A DNA stretch of 64,000 nt from Terriglobia bacterium. GTDB lineage: Bacteria > Acidobacteriota > Terriglobia > 20CM-2-55-15. Location: positions 77,620 through 141,619 of the forward strand of contig CBDCLE010000011.1 in assembly GCA_965218585.1 (NCBI GenBank), read 5' to 3'. The notes under the pieces were generated by a model. That model worked only from the letters and a program-made list of their open reading frames with translations, was not told the DNA's origin and searched no databases. Numbering within the stretch: position 1 is the stretch's first letter; the number at the start of each line of letters is the position of its first letter. A program made the translations under genes and the position numbers. This document shows positions 31,216-41,949 of the stretch, piece by piece.

Positions 31216-33167
31216 CAACGCCCGTTGAGGTGGCAGATTCGGCTGAACAAGGCGCCCGGCCGCTGACGGTGTGTCTGGTGGGCATGCCGAACTCCGGCAA
31301 GACCACATTGATGAATGCCCTCACCGGTGGGCATTTCCATACCGCGAACTATCCTGGCGTGACCGTCAGCCTGCTTCAGGGAAAGAGCCGCCCCGAATGG
31401 GGGCCACCGCTCACTCTTGTCGACCTGCCCGGTGTTCACAGCTCGGTCAATCCATCTCCCGAAGAAGAACTTTCCTGCAGGGTCATAGAGTCGCAGGACC
31501 CGGCCGTTGCTGCGGACGTGTTCGCGCTGGTCGTAGATGCGACACAGTTGGAACGCCACCTGAAGTTCGCTGGTTTTGTGGCCCGTCAGAAGAAGCCCGT
31601 TGTTTTGGTCCTGACGATGGTGGATCTGCTCGGACGCGTCGACCAGTCGCTCGATGCCGGAAAATTGGCCGAGGCGCTCCGAATTCCCGTGGTAACGGTC
31701 GATGCACGCGAGGGGCAGGGTGTTGAGGAGCTCGTAAAAGAGTGTCGTGCCGCCGCCGGGCGGGTATGGGAGCCGAACGCGCTGTCCGATCTCGGCGACG
31801 ACCCTGTGGCTGCGTACTCGATGGTAAGGGAAGTCCTGGATGCCTCCGGTGCCCTGGTCCGGTCTGCTGCCCGGGTCGAAGGGGATTCGCTCACCGCCAG
31901 GATCGACCAGGTTGCTCTTCACAGGCATCTCGGTTTCCCTATGTTTGTGATCGTTCTAGCCGGGTTGTTCGCGTCGATCTTCTGGATGGCAACACCGTTC
32001 ATGGACGCAGTTGAGTTCGGATTCGGCTTCGCGGGAGACATGGTGACGGGTCTGTTTCCCGAAGCACTCTTCGCACGGTTTGTTGCTGAGGGATTGATAG
32101 GAGGAGTGGGTGCTGTCGCCGTGTTCTTCCCGCAGATCGTGATCCTGTTTTTCCTCATGACGCTGCTGGAGGATTCCGGATATCTGGCCCGAGGGGCCAC
32201 CCTGGTCGACCGGCCCCTCTCGTACTTGGGACTACACGGGCGGTCGTTCGTTCCGATGCTTTCTGGTTTCGCCTGCGCGATCCCAGCGGTTTTCGCGGCT
32301 CGTTCGATTCCGACCCTGCGGGAGCGATTGTTGACGATCTGGATTTTGCCGCTTATGAGTTGCAGCGCCAGGCTACCAGTCTATGCATTGTTGTTGGCTG
32401 CGCTGCTGCCCCAAGCTGCCTGGGCAGGTCTCAGTCTCGCCGCGATTTATCTGGCAAGTCTCCTGATCGGTTCGATATCCGCTGGTATCGTTGGACGATT
32501 TATCATGCCGGACGATACATCCTCGCTACTCGCAATGGAGTTGCCCGTATATCGCGTACCTCGTTGGAAAGTCATTCTGAGAGCAACATGGTCCAGATCG
32601 TCGTCCTACCTACGCAAGGCGGGCATGCCGATCGTAGTTATCGCCATCGTTCTGTGGCTTCTCTCAAACTTCGGCCTGGGGAGCGCTCAATCACAGTTCG
32701 CTGGAGTTGGGGAGCCACCTCTGATCGTTGAGACGGAAATGGGCCAGTCGCTGGCAGCACAATTGGGGCAATTTACCGAGCCATTGCTCGAGCCGATGGG
32801 CGTGGACTGGCGTGTAGGCGTCGGTCTGATCTCGGCATTCGCTGCGAGGGAAGTCTTTGTCAGTGCCATGGCGATCGTGTTTGCGGTTGAAGGTGATGAT
32901 GAAGACACTCAGGCTGCGGGACTACTCGAGCAGATGCGGACAGCGACCTTTGCCGGTAGCAGCCAGCGAATTTTTACCGTGTCGAGCATGATCGGTCTTA
33001 TCGTTTTCTTCTTCTTTTCCCTCCAATGTATCGCCACTGTAGCGGTTGTCCAGAAGGAGACCAACTCCTGGCGTTTCGCTGCGATCCAGTTACTCTTCTA
33101 CACCGGCGTCGGATATGGAGCCGCCGTTGTCACCGTCCAGGGACTTCGCGCACTGGGTGTGGCATAG
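31212..33167 (+). CDS. feoB: Ferrous iron transport protein B
   Basis: [37 protein letters not shown]. Confidence 0.95.
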   Translation: MTTPVEVADSAEQGARPLTVCLVGMPNSGKTTLMNALTGGHFHTANYPGVTVSLLQGKSRPEWGPPLTLVDLPGVHSSVNPSPEEELSCRVIESQDPAVAADVFALVVDATQLERHLKFAGFVARQKKPVVLVLTMVDLLGRVDQSLDAGKLAEALRIPVVTVDAREGQGVEELVKECRAAAGRVWEPNALSDLGDDPVAAYSMVREVLDASGALVRSAARVEGDSLTARIDQVALHRHLGFPMFVIVLAGLFASIFWMATPFMDAVEFGFGFAGDMVTGLFPEALFARFVAEGLIGGVGAVAVFFPQIVILFFLMTLLEDSGYLARGATLVDRPLSYLGLHGRSFVPMLSGFACAIPAVFAARSIPTLRERLLTIWILPLMSCSARLPVYALLLAALLPQAAWAGLSLAAIYLASLLIGSISAGIVGRFIMPDDTSSLLAMELPVYRVPRWKVILRATWSRSSSYLRKAGMPIVVIAIVLWLLSNFGLGSAQSQFAGVGEPPLIVETEMGQSLAAQLGQFTEPLLEPMGVDWRVGVGLISAFAAREVFVSAMAIVFAVEGDDEDTQAAGLLEQMRTATFAGSSQRIFTVSSMIGLIVFFFFSLQCIATVAVVQKETNSWRFAAIQLLFYTGVGYGAAVVTVQGLRALGVA

Positions 33168-33204
33168 TTTTCTGGCTGAAACATTCGAAAGTGACCGGAT
33201 CTAG

Positions 33205-33326
33205 CAGCCTGTCGGACTAACACCAAATCGAAAATCTAAGCCATTGATATGACTGTGTTTACAGTTTCGAGCTGAAAAGGGCCGTCGTTGAAAACAAAGG
33301 ACTTACGCCGAAAGTCCGACAGGCTG
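33205..33326. mobile_element. MITE (non-autonomous, 122 bp) flanked by CTAG
   Basis: 14-bp TIR CAGCCTGTCGGACT/AGTCCGACAGGCTG; CTAG at 33201-33204 and 33327-33330. Confidence 0.75.
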
Positions 33327-33899
33327 CTAGGCCTTCCCATTCAAATCCCCTAGTCGCTGGTAGTCTTCTGGAGTGTTGATGTTGTTGAACATACGAGTGT
33401 TGAAGCCGGCTTCCTTGAGTGCTTCCTCCGAGATCTCTTCATGCCGAACCGCCGCGGAGAATCCTTGAATCGAATAGTCTCCCGACTCCAAATAGTCTTC
33501 GAGCTTGCTGAGCAGCCCCCGGCGAGCGCCCAGGCATAGTGCGACGTATCCCTCGATACGGCAGAGAAGCAGGTTGTCGGTGGAGGTGCGGAGCCGGTTG
33601 GCAAGGTAGTTCAGGAATTGTGGTTCGAGCAGCGGCAGGTCTACGGCAGTAATCAGGTTGTTTTCGGTTGGGGTCGTTCGAAGGGCCGTCCGGATACCTT
33701 CGAGCGGTCCGCGGCCAGGCCGGATGTCGGGAACGAGATCCCGGCCCACGATCCGGACTTCCGAGGCGACCTCCCGGAGAAGGCCTGCCATGTGTGTCAC
33801 GAGCGTCCCCTCGCCCCAGGGCAGGGACGCCTTGTCGGTCCCCATCCGGGACGCCTTGCCCCCAGCCAGTACGAATCCCGTGATCGCTTCATCGGACAT
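33327..33899 (-). CDS. mobA: Molybdenum cofactor guanylyltransferase
   Basis: LAGGKASRMGTDKA, GPLEGI, AVDLP, FNNINTPEDY. Confidence 0.92.
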   Translation of the reverse strand: MSDEAITGFVLAGGKASRMGTDKASLPWGEGTLVTHMAGLLREVASEVRIVGRDLVPDIRPGRGPLEGIRTALRTTPTENNLITAVDLPLLEPQFLNYLANRLRTSTDNLLLCRIEGYVALCLGARRGLLSKLEDYLESGDYSIQGFSAAVRHEEISEEALKEAGFNTRMFNNINTPEDYQRLGDLNGKA

Positions 33900-33960
33900 C
33901 AGTCCCTCCTTCGAAGAGATGATAGCCCAGCCCGCCAGGGCAGTGTGACGTTATAATGTC

Positions 33961-33989
33961 TTGACGCTATAACGTTATGAAGCTAATGT
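33961..33989 (+). promoter_or_regulatory. Sigma70 promoter for a leaderless antitoxin transcript
   Basis: TTGACG-17 bp-TAATGT, 6 nt before ATG 33996. Confidence 0.65.
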
Positions 33990-33995
33990 AGCGAT

Positions 33996-34226
33996 ATGGC
34001 AGACCCCAAGCGAACGACGATCTACTTCGATCCAAGTCTCCACAAGGCTCTCCGGATGAAAGCGGCGGAGACCGATCAGAGTGTGTCGGATCTGGTAAAT
34101 GTTGCCGTCAGGCGCAGCCTGGCCGAGGATGCCGAGGATCTGGAGGCGTTGGATGAGCTCAGGCAAGAGCGGGAACTCAGGTTCGAGGACTTCGTTTGGA
34201 GTTTGAGACGCCGTGGAAAGATATAG
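33996..34226 (+). CDS. CopG/ribbon-helix-helix antitoxin
   Basis: KRTTIYFDPSLHKALRMKAAETDQSVSDLVN; followed by an overlapping GTG-GAA-AGA-TAT-AGC toxin-like start cut by IS21. Confidence 0.8.
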   Translation: MADPKRTTIYFDPSLHKALRMKAAETDQSVSDLVNVAVRRSLAEDAEDLEALDELRQERELRFEDFVWSLRRRGKI

Positions 34227-34300
34227 CTGTTAATTTGCACGGAAAAGTGATCCGGGTTTTGCATTGAAAATTGACCCGGGTTAGAGAGCCGGATTATGGC

Positions 34301-35080
34301 TCATGGGTTGGGGTTTTTCCGGGGTTTAGTCTCCTTTGTGTGTGTGGAACTGTTTCTAAAACGGTAACTGTCATTGCCGGTTTCGACGATGTGGCAATGG
34401 TGGGTGAGGCGGTCGAGCAGCGCGGCGGTCATCTTCGTGTCGTTGAAGACCCGGGGCCATTCACCGAAGGCAAGGTTGGTGGTGAGGACCCTGCGGGTGC
34501 GCTCGTAGAGTTTGCTCAGCAGGTGGAACAGCAAGGCGCCGCCGGCCTGCGAGAACGGCAGATAGCCGAGTTCATCGAGAATGACCAAATCGACTTGCAG
34601 GAGCCGGTTGGCGATCTGCCCAGTCTTACCCTTGGCTTTCTCCTGTTCCAGCGTGTTGACGAGTTCGATAGTGGAGAAGAACCGGACTCTGAGGCGATGG
34701 TGAGTGATGGCCTGCACGCCGATGGCCGTGGCGAGATGGGTCTTGCCGGTGCCCGGTCCGCCGATCATCACGATGTTGTGAGCGTCGGCGACGAAGTCAC
34801 ATCGATACAGTGAGCTGAGCAGTGCCTCATCAACGGGGCTTTCATTGAAGTCGAAGTTGGAGAGGTCGCGATAGGCTGGGAAGCGGGCGGTCCTCATCTG
34901 GTAGTTGATGGAGCGGACCTCGCGCTCGGCGACCTCGGCCTCGGTTAAGGTGTGGAGCATGGGCTCTATGTTTGAGAAAGCCGGAGCGCCTTGCCGCGCG
35001 AGTTCATCGACCGCTTGCGCCATGCCATGGAGTTTGAGCGACCTCAGCGCGCTGACCAGAGATTCAGATGACATGGCCAT
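34301..35080 (-). CDS. istB: IS21 helper ATPase IstB
   Basis: [32 protein letters not shown]. Confidence 0.95.
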   Translation of the reverse strand: MAMSSESLVSALRSLKLHGMAQAVDELARQGAPAFSNIEPMLHTLTEAEVAEREVRSINYQMRTARFPAYRDLSNFDFNESPVDEALLSSLYRCDFVADAHNIVMIGGPGTGKTHLATAIGVQAITHHRLRVRFFSTIELVNTLEQEKAKGKTGQIANRLLQVDLVILDELGYLPFSQAGGALLFHLLSKLYERTRRVLTTNLAFGEWPRVFNDTKMTAALLDRLTHHCHIVETGNDSYRFRNSSTHTKETKPRKNPNP

Positions 35081-36590
35081 CTCCTCTCAAGCGGTCGTAG
35101 CGATGAACATCGGCCTTCGGTTCATTGAGCAGTGTCAACGCATCGGGTATATCGATGAGGCTGGGCGGCGAGGCTTCCAGTAACCGGCTCAGGATATTGA
35201 GCACATGTTGCTTGGAGGCGGCCCCGGCTGCGAGTGCGATCTCGGCGGCACGCAGCACCGCCGGCTCATCGTGGTGCAGCACCAGCGCCAGGATCTCCAC
35301 CATCTCCCGGTCCCCGCCAGGTCGCTTGAGCCGCGCCGCCTGGAGGCGCTTGAAAGGTTGGGGAAGCTCGGCGAAGGGAGCGCCGTTCCTCAACGCGCCC
35401 GGTTTTCGTTGGAGGACGCTCAGGTAGTGGCGCCAGTCGTAGACGGTTCGCCCTGACCGGCAGTCGCGCCCGCGCGCGATCACCCGCGGATGCTCAGCGA
35501 TGATCTGGCCTTCGGCGGCAATCACGATGCGTTCGGCGTAGACGCGGACACTGACCGGCCGGTTGGCAAACGCGGCCGGCACGCTGTAGCGATTACGCGC
35601 GAAGGCGATAAGGCAGGCCGGAGAAACACGCTTGGTGTGCTCGACAAAGCCATCGAACGGCGTCGGCATGCGCATCAGATGCGCGTGCTCATCGGCCCAG
35701 ACCTCGGCGACTGTACGCTGGGGCTGCTCCGGGTGATGGATCTCGTCCCAGAGACCCCGGCATCGCCGCTCAAGCCACATGTTCACGTCACGGAAGCCAG
35801 CAAACTCAGGCGCGTCATGGAACAGACGGGGCCGCGCGTCCCGGACGTTCTTCTCGATCTGGCCTTTCTCCCATCCGGCGCCAGACGTGCAGAACTCCGC
35901 TTCGAACAGGAAATGGCTCACCATCGCCTTGAACCGGGCGTTGACCACCCGGGCCTTCCCTCGGCCCACTCGGTCCACCGCTGTCTTCATGTTGTCGTAG
36001 ATGCCCCGCCGGGGCACACCGCCCAACGCCGCCAGACAATAGTTGTGGGCGTCGAACAGCATCTCGTGGGACTGTAGCGGATAAGCCCGCAGCATGAACG
36101 CCCGGCTGTGGCAGAGTTTGAACTGCGCCACCATCAGCTTCGTGCGTTCACCGCCGATGACCACCCAGTCCTCGCTCCAGTCGAACTGGAACGCTTCGCC
36201 GGGCGCAAACACCAGCGGCACGAACGTGTCCCGGCTCACCTTCGAGGCTTCTTGCTGTTGGCGCCGCCATACCCGCGCAAACGCCGCCACACGGTCATAG
36301 GACCCCGTGTAGCCAAGCTTCATCAACTCGCCGTGCAGCTGCTTGAGATTACGCCGCTCCTTGCGACCCCGGGCCGATTCCCGCTTCAGCCACGACGCCA
36401 GCAACTCGGCGTAGCCGTCCACTTTGCTCCGGCTCCTGCGCTTCGGATAGACCGCCTCCAGAGCGCCGTTCGCCAAGTGCTTCCGGATCGTATTACGCGA
36501 CAGCTTCGTTCGCCTGCTGATCTCTCGAATCGATACGCCCTCTCGTACATGCCAGCGTCTGATCACACTCAATATCGCCACGTCTATCAC
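35064..36590 (-). CDS. istA: IS21 transposase IstA
   Basis: N-terminal [29 protein letters not shown]. Confidence 0.95.
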   Translation of the reverse strand: MIDVAILSVIRRWHVREGVSIREISRRTKLSRNTIRKHLANGALEAVYPKRRSRSKVDGYAELLASWLKRESARGRKERRNLKQLHGELMKLGYTGSYDRVAAFARVWRRQQQEASKVSRDTFVPLVFAPGEAFQFDWSEDWVVIGGERTKLMVAQFKLCHSRAFMLRAYPLQSHEMLFDAHNYCLAALGGVPRRGIYDNMKTAVDRVGRGKARVVNARFKAMVSHFLFEAEFCTSGAGWEKGQIEKNVRDARPRLFHDAPEFAGFRDVNMWLERRCRGLWDEIHHPEQPQRTVAEVWADEHAHLMRMPTPFDGFVEHTKRVSPACLIAFARNRYSVPAAFANRPVSVRVYAERIVIAAEGQIIAEHPRVIARGRDCRSGRTVYDWRHYLSVLQRKPGALRNGAPFAELPQPFKRLQAARLKRPGGDREMVEILALVLHHDEPAVLRAAEIALAAGAASKQHVLNILSRLLEASPPSLIDIPDALTLLNEPKADVHRYDRLRGDGHVI

Positions 36591-36699
36591 TCCTTTGCCC
36601 TCCTGCTCTGTTAATCGGCAGGAATGGGTATACACGTGGGTCAAATTTCGATGCAAATACCCGCTTTAAGTGGATCAGTTTTGGGTGCAAATCAACAGC

Positions 36700-36828
36700 C
36701 TGCGCCTTGAAGTCGATCCGGCCAGCTATTGGCTCTATACCTCCTCCCCCGTCGATGCTCAGAAAAGGGCCGAGGCGGTCCACCAATACGGCCTCGTCGA
36801 GGCCATCGAACACCTGTCCAGGAGGTAG
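36700..36828 (+). pseudogene. Probable VirB4 C-terminal remnant
   Basis: LRLEVDPASYWLYTSSPVDAQKRAEAVHQYGLVEAIEHLSRR* directly before virB9; tail resemblance judged by eye. Confidence 0.5.
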
Positions 36829-36831
36829 CTT

Positions 36832-37674
36832 ATGTTGAAAATCATTCCACTCGTGACGGTGGCGATTCTCGCCCTGTCGGTGCCGCTGATCGCACAGGAC
36901 GGAGACGCGGTGTTGCGGATCATCGAAGCCGAAGATCAAATCGTCCAGATCCGGGCCCGGACCCGGCACACCACTGTCATTGTGCTACCCGCGACGGAAA
37001 CCGTGCTGGATTTTGTCGTGGGCGATTCCGAGTATTGGCACCTGACCGGGGCCACGAATCTGGCGTTCCTCAAGCCCATCGCCGAGGGCGTGACGACCAA
37101 CGTCGCGCTCGTGTGCGCTTCGGGGACGATCTACTCGTTCCTCGTCACCGAGAGCGGAGAGCACAATCCGCATCTTGTCGTGCGCGTCGAAGCGCAGGCG
37201 GACGCCGATCCGCGCATCTCACCGGCGGGACATGAGCCCGCCTTTGTCGCACGGAGCCAGGTCGCCGCCTATCAGCAAATGGCGGAGTCGGCGATCGAGA
37301 CGGCCCGGGCCGCGCAGGGGGACGCCGATGCCCGGATCGCGGATGCGGTGGCGCTCGCGGCGAGCGAGGCCGAGGAGTTCCGGGCGGAGTATCCCACCCG
37401 CCTCAAGTTCTCCTACCGATTGGAGGATGACGCGCTCAAGTGGCCGTTCCTGGTCGAGGGGATGTGGCATGACGGGCGCTTTACCTACCTGCGCTCGAAC
37501 GCCCAGGAGTCGCCCGCCCTCTACGAAGAGAAAGACGGCCAACCGGCGCTCGTGGCCTACGACCTGGGCGAGGACGGGCTGTATATCGCCCGGCATGTTC
37601 TAGGTGACGGATGGTTGCAGATCGGCAAACAGAGAGTCCGGTGGCGCTTCACCGCGCCGGAGATCGGGCCGTGA
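36832..37674 (+). CDS. VirB9/TrbG-like T4SS outer-membrane core protein
   Basis: Signal peptide; GDSEYWHL...LKP; MWHDGRFTYL...PALY. Confidence 0.82.
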   Translation: MLKIIPLVTVAILALSVPLIAQDGDAVLRIIEAEDQIVQIRARTRHTTVIVLPATETVLDFVVGDSEYWHLTGATNLAFLKPIAEGVTTNVALVCASGTIYSFLVTESGEHNPHLVVRVEAQADADPRISPAGHEPAFVARSQVAAYQQMAESAIETARAAQGDADARIADAVALAASEAEEFRAEYPTRLKFSYRLEDDALKWPFLVEGMWHDGRFTYLRSNAQESPALYEEKDGQPALVAYDLGEDGLYIARHVLGDGWLQIGKQRVRWRFTAPEIGP

Positions 37675-39020
37675 GCGGATGGCGGCGGCTCTATGCGAAA
37701 CCGGCGGGCGCGCTGCCGGGCGGGATTGTCACTCAATGGGGCGTCGGGATCATCGCCATCCTGGTCCTCCTGCTTCTGAGCGCCTACATCTATTTCGGGG
37801 GCGGTGAGGAAGCGGAGCTTGAGGAGGGCGCGGAGACGGTGCAGGCCCCGGCGGGGAGTTTCGCGGATCGGATGGCTTCGCAGGTCGAGGCCGAAGCTCT
37901 CCGGGCGGAGACCCGCCGACAAGCGACACAGCGGGCGTTGGAGCAGCAGCGGCAGCAACAGGGAGACACCGGCGGTGGGATCGGTGCGGGGCGGGTGAGC
38001 GTGGATGAAGCGATGCTCCTGGCCGGTCCCAGTCCCGACACCGGCCAGCCCTACACCGAGGAAGAATGGGAACTCCGCGAACGCTTGCGCCTGGAAGCGA
38101 TCGAGCGGCGGAGCCGTTCGCTTCGCAGTTCGCCCCTCGCGCAGACCTACCGGCAAGTAGACGAGACGGCAGGGATTGCCAGGCCACAGGGGACTGAAAC
38201 CGAAAGCCCGGTCGGGACCATGAGAGCGGAAGGAGCAGCGGCGCTCGAACAGGCGCTCGACACGCTTGGAACGGTCACAACCAGCCTGGAGGATCAAGTC
38301 GAGGCGGAGGCCCGGGCGGATCAGGCGTTTATCGAAGCACTGCGCGGGACGGAGGCAGCGGCGTTCCCCGCAGTCGCTTCAGCGGGCGCGGCGGACGTGC
38401 CGGCGCCACCGCGCGATTACTCTTCCCCGGTGCGGGTCGGAGAGCCGGAAGATCCTCCCGGCTGGGAACGGATCTATGAAGGCTCATTCCTGGAGGCGAC
38501 GCTGGCGACACAGCTTTCCGGTGACTTCCCCGGCCCAGTCCTGGCCGTGGTTTCGGTGCCGTTCTACTCGGCAGACCGGCAGCGGATTTTGGTGCCGCGA
38601 GGGACGCGAGTCATCGGCACGGCTCAGGCCGTGGCGAACCAGGACCAATCGCGCCTTGCCGTCAGTTTCCACCGTTTGATCCTGCCCGATGGCCGTTGGG
38701 TGTCGCTGGAATTTCATGGGCTCAATCAACTCGGCGAGGGAGCCTTGAAAGATCAGGTGAACCGCCACTACTTCTCCATGTTCGCCGCTGTCGGGGCGGT
38801 CGGTGTCCTCAGTGGACTGACGGCGGCGGGCGGCAACCCTTACGAGGGTGGCGTGGCGGGCTTCGGGGCCGGTGCCGGACAAGGGCTCGGCCAGGCCGCG
38901 ACGCGCATCCTGGATCGTTTCCTGAATCGTTTGCCCACCATCACAATTCGCGCCGGTCACCGGCTTCGCGTCTGGTTCACTTCCGACGTGCGGGTTCCCC
39001 GGCCCCAACAAGGAGACTGA
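37671..39020 (+). CDS. VirB10/TrbI-like T4SS protein
   Basis: TM anchor; EGSFLEATL...GTRVIG...RLILPDG...DQVNRHY...PTITIRAG. Confidence 0.85.
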   Translation: MSGWRRLYAKPAGALPGGIVTQWGVGIIAILVLLLLSAYIYFGGGEEAELEEGAETVQAPAGSFADRMASQVEAEALRAETRRQATQRALEQQRQQQGDTGGGIGAGRVSVDEAMLLAGPSPDTGQPYTEEEWELRERLRLEAIERRSRSLRSSPLAQTYRQVDETAGIARPQGTETESPVGTMRAEGAAALEQALDTLGTVTTSLEDQVEAEARADQAFIEALRGTEAAAFPAVASAGAADVPAPPRDYSSPVRVGEPEDPPGWERIYEGSFLEATLATQLSGDFPGPVLAVVSVPFYSADRQRILVPRGTRVIGTAQAVANQDQSRLAVSFHRLILPDGRWVSLEFHGLNQLGEGALKDQVNRHYFSMFAAVGAVGVLSGLTAAGGNPYEGGVAGFGAGAGQGLGQAATRILDRFLNRLPTITIRAGHRLRVWFTSDVRVPRPQQGD

Positions 39021-39062
39021 AATGAAAATGTACCGGAAAGTCTTGACCGTTACAAAGACACG

Positions 39063-39821
39063 ATGGCGAAGATCACCCTGGACGGCCAATTGACCCAGAT
39101 GACGGATCAGTTCAACCACCTGCAAGAACAGGCGCTCGGAAGTGTCGGCGCGCTCACCGATCCGTTCACCGACCTGGCATCGGTGCCGACGCAGTTCATC
39201 GGCGTGGGCCTGTCGTGGAAGAACGACTTTGCCGGCGTTGCTGCGGAGTTGGTGTCCTCGGTGGAACAGATGGGCGAAACCGGCACGAGCTTTACCCAAT
39301 CGTGGCGCGGGCGGCTCATCGCCGCCGACACGGTGACAGAGAGCGACATCATTGGTCTGTACAACTCTCAGCGGTCCGAAGTGGCCGAAAGAGCGGCACG
39401 GGGCTACCTCGCGGCGCGAGAGGAAGGCGAGAAACGCCTGGTCCTCGATCACGCCACGAGCGATGCGGCGGCGAATCTCATGGTTGCGGCGCGCGAGGCC
39501 GTGGCCTCCTACGAAGGGCTGCGGAACAACACCAATACCTCCAACACCGTGCTCGCTCAATCGCAGGTGGCCGGGACCCTGACCCAGGGGAACCTCACCG
39601 CGGCTATGGCGCAGTTGATGGCGTTCGAGGCGGCGAAGGCGGCGGCGGAAGATTACGAACGCGAGATCGCCCGGCGCGAGGCGCTGGCGGAATGGGTCGA
39701 GGCCCAACGCCGAGCGCGCGTCACCTTTGAGGCGCAACAGGCCGGGCTCGATGCCCGGCGCGAGGCGATGCGGGAAGGGTTGCTCTTCCAGATTCATCCG
39801 TTCTATGGCGGAGGAAACTAA
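39063..39821 (+). CDS. Hypothetical T4SS-associated helical protein (TrbJ/VirB5-like?), N-terminus probably damaged
   Basis: Follows virB10; RBS-linked ATG at 39022 (MKMYRKVLTV) is out of frame with the body. Confidence 0.45.
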   Translation: MAKITLDGQLTQMTDQFNHLQEQALGSVGALTDPFTDLASVPTQFIGVGLSWKNDFAGVAAELVSSVEQMGETGTSFTQSWRGRLIAADTVTESDIIGLYNSQRSEVAERAARGYLAAREEGEKRLVLDHATSDAAANLMVAAREAVASYEGLRNNTNTSNTVLAQSQVAGTLTQGNLTAAMAQLMAFEAAKAAAEDYEREIARREALAEWVEAQRRARVTFEAQQAGLDARREAMREGLLFQIHPFYGGGN

Positions 39822-39898
39822 CCCGGTACGCCGATGCAAATTCAACTCGATCCGGCGATCCCGGCCCAGATCCCCCCGGAGCAACTCCGGGATTTCAA

Positions 39899-40216
39899 GT
39901 GGCGCTAGTGGGCAAGGGTTCTTTTATCGTTGGACTGGTGATCGCTGTGGCCGGAGGCTTAGGCCTTGAACAAGCCTGGTTTGGCTGGGTACTTGCCGTG
40001 CTCGGCCTGATCGTCGGATTCTTGAATATCAGCGACAAGGAGAATCAGGCCTTCCTCTTAGCGGCGATCGCGCTGATCGTAGCCGCAAACGCCGTCGGAG
40101 CGATCCCCTTCATCGGGGAGGTGGTGACCCGGATCATCGCGAATCTCGTGCTCTTCCTGGGGGGCGCGGTCTTGGTCGTAGCGGTGAAGAGCCTGTTTGC
40201 GGTAGCGAGAGACTGA
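39899..40216 (+). CDS. Small multi-pass membrane protein
   Basis: Four hydrophobic segments, GLIVGFLNISDKE. Confidence 0.7.
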   Translation: MALVGKGSFIVGLVIAVAGGLGLEQAWFGWVLAVLGLIVGFLNISDKENQAFLLAAIALIVAANAVGAIPFIGEVVTRIIANLVLFLGGAVLVVAVKSLFAVARD

Positions 40217-40485
40217 AGTCGTTCTGACGCAGGCGGCATCGGGGCCGGAAAGCCCTTCCTCTGAAGAGAAGCGTTCACACCCAGTCGCTTTTCCAGCGCC
40301 ATCGCCACCTTCGCCAACACAGACGGAGGCGATCGAGTCGTTGGCGTTGATAGATGACGGAGAGGCTTCTCAGGGGTTCCTCATAGGAGGCGAGCCGCTC
40401 CGAGACGTGACGCTGACAAGCTGGCCATGGTGGAGCGGCCCGTTGCTTGTCAGATCACCGCTTTTGCACCAGGATTGCCCGCTAT

Positions 40486-40725
40486 TCATTCCCCCCATTT
40501 GCGGCGCGGCCGATCCTTTAGCCGGTTGATCAGCCAGCTTGCGCCCTCGACGGTCGACGGTTCGACAGTGGACAAATCATCTGCGTTGCGTTCCTTCTTG
40601 AGCCGTGCGATATGAGCCAGTTGCTTTGGAGTCGGGGGACTTGGACCGGTACTCCGAAAGAACCACGCCAGCGAACCAACAATAGCCACGATGAACACGA
40701 CAGCCAGGAAGATCAGAAGGCCCAC
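40486..40725 (-). CDS. Hypothetical single-TM protein
   Basis: N-terminal hydrophobic helix; PTPKQLAHI. Confidence 0.45.
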   Translation of the reverse strand: MGLLIFLAVVFIVAIVGSLAWFFRSTGPSPPTPKQLAHIARLKKERNADDLSTVEPSTVEGASWLINRLKDRPRRKWGE

Positions 40726-41016
40726 AACTTACTCACCTGCGGCCCTTGTTTCGGCACCGGAATTTCGCCCAGGATTGCGTTTCAGGGGTGTCCCTACAGG
40801 TAGAGTCGTGCTCAGTGAAACACCGTCTTCGGGGAAGGCCCTGCAGAACGCCGCGATTGGACCGAGCGTCAAACCGCTGTCGTTCAGAGTCACCTTCCAG
40901 TGCCACGCGCTGAAACAAGAGATTCTTGATCCGGTCCGCCGCCTGCAGATGGAACACACCATAATCGAGCAGCGGGTTCGAGAGCAAGGCATTGAATCTG
41001 GACGGTACCCGGACGC

Positions 41017-41880
41017 CTACTTTTGGAAGTGCCCGCAGCCAAAGAGGCCCGGAATTTCAAAGGGGAGAGAGCCAAGTTCTGCAGCATACCGGCTACCGAG
41101 GTCCATCATCGTGATCCCCTCGATGGTGCGGAAGCCCGCTTCAGCCATCAACGCACTCATCTGAGCCAGACTGAAGTCGCTACGCATCGGCTCTCCTCTC
41201 CTGGCAACGTACGCTTCAAGCTGTGCTCGCTTTTCCCGGTGCTCGGGCCATGCGGAACGGGCGTCGAGCATGTAATCGACAACAAGCTGCGAACCGGTGG
41301 CTACGCCGCCCGCAATAGAGCGGACGGTCGAGGCAAGCACCTCCCGCGGTAGATAGTAGATCACCCCCAGCAGCGACAGGAACGCTCGTCTTGCCGGTTC
41401 GAACGCCGATTCCGACAGCGCGTTCATCACCGGAATTCGCTCAAGGTCCGCGGGGACAAAATGCAATCCACGCGGTATATCCAGGCCGGCTCGTCGCAGG
41501 CGCTCCTGTTTGATCTCCTGCATGGCGGGCCGGTCGATCTCGAATACTTGAAGACGTGCCATGAGATCGGGCCGGCGCAGGGCAAACGAGTCCATCCCGG
41601 CCCCGATGATCACGTACTGGGTGATGCCGGCCCTGACTGCGGTCTCGAGTGCCTGCTCGGCGTAACGCGCCCGGATCAGTGTCCCGAGCGCGGCCGGTCG
41701 GAGGCGGCGTAGCACGCAGTGCGCCATGAGCCAGCCGGCGGGACGAATTCGCAGAATCCGTCGCGCCGATCGCCCGCAAAGCAGGATGGCGTACGGATCG
41801 TCGACGAGCTGTACGCGGTCCCGCTGGTGCAGGGCACGGACTGCGGCGACGAGGTCAGCAGTCGAAACTCGTGTCTTCAT
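41017..41880 (-). CDS. Class I SAM-dependent methyltransferase (LCM/YktD-like)
   Basis: DDPYA, QYVIIGAGMDSFA, FEIDRP, GVIYYL. Confidence 0.88.
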   Translation of the reverse strand: MKTRVSTADLVAAVRALHQRDRVQLVDDPYAILLCGRSARRILRIRPAGWLMAHCVLRRLRPAALGTLIRARYAEQALETAVRAGITQYVIIGAGMDSFALRRPDLMARLQVFEIDRPAMQEIKQERLRRAGLDIPRGLHFVPADLERIPVMNALSESAFEPARRAFLSLLGVIYYLPREVLASTVRSIAGGVATGSQLVVDYMLDARSAWPEHREKRAQLEAYVARRGEPMRSDFSLAQMSALMAEAGFRTIEGITMMDLGSRYAAELGSLPFEIPGLFGCGHFQK

Positions 41881-41949
41881 GTGTGCAATTCATAGAGATC
41901 GTTTCATTTGGAATTGGGGTAAAACGTTCGGGAGTTTCTAGTCTAAAAC

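Larger units (their letters stand above)
34228..36697 (-). mobile_element. IS21-family element
   Basis: TGTTAATTTGCAC..AAAAGTGATCC / GGATCAGTTTT..GTGCAAATCAACA ends with internal repeats; istA-istB pair. Confidence 0.93.

Noticed and set aside
38484-39884. Long antisense ORFs (466 aa here; also 44664-45869, 30951-31928, 17583-18482)
   Set aside because: They are shadow frames opposite well-supported genes in GC-rich DNA and show no recognisable motifs.
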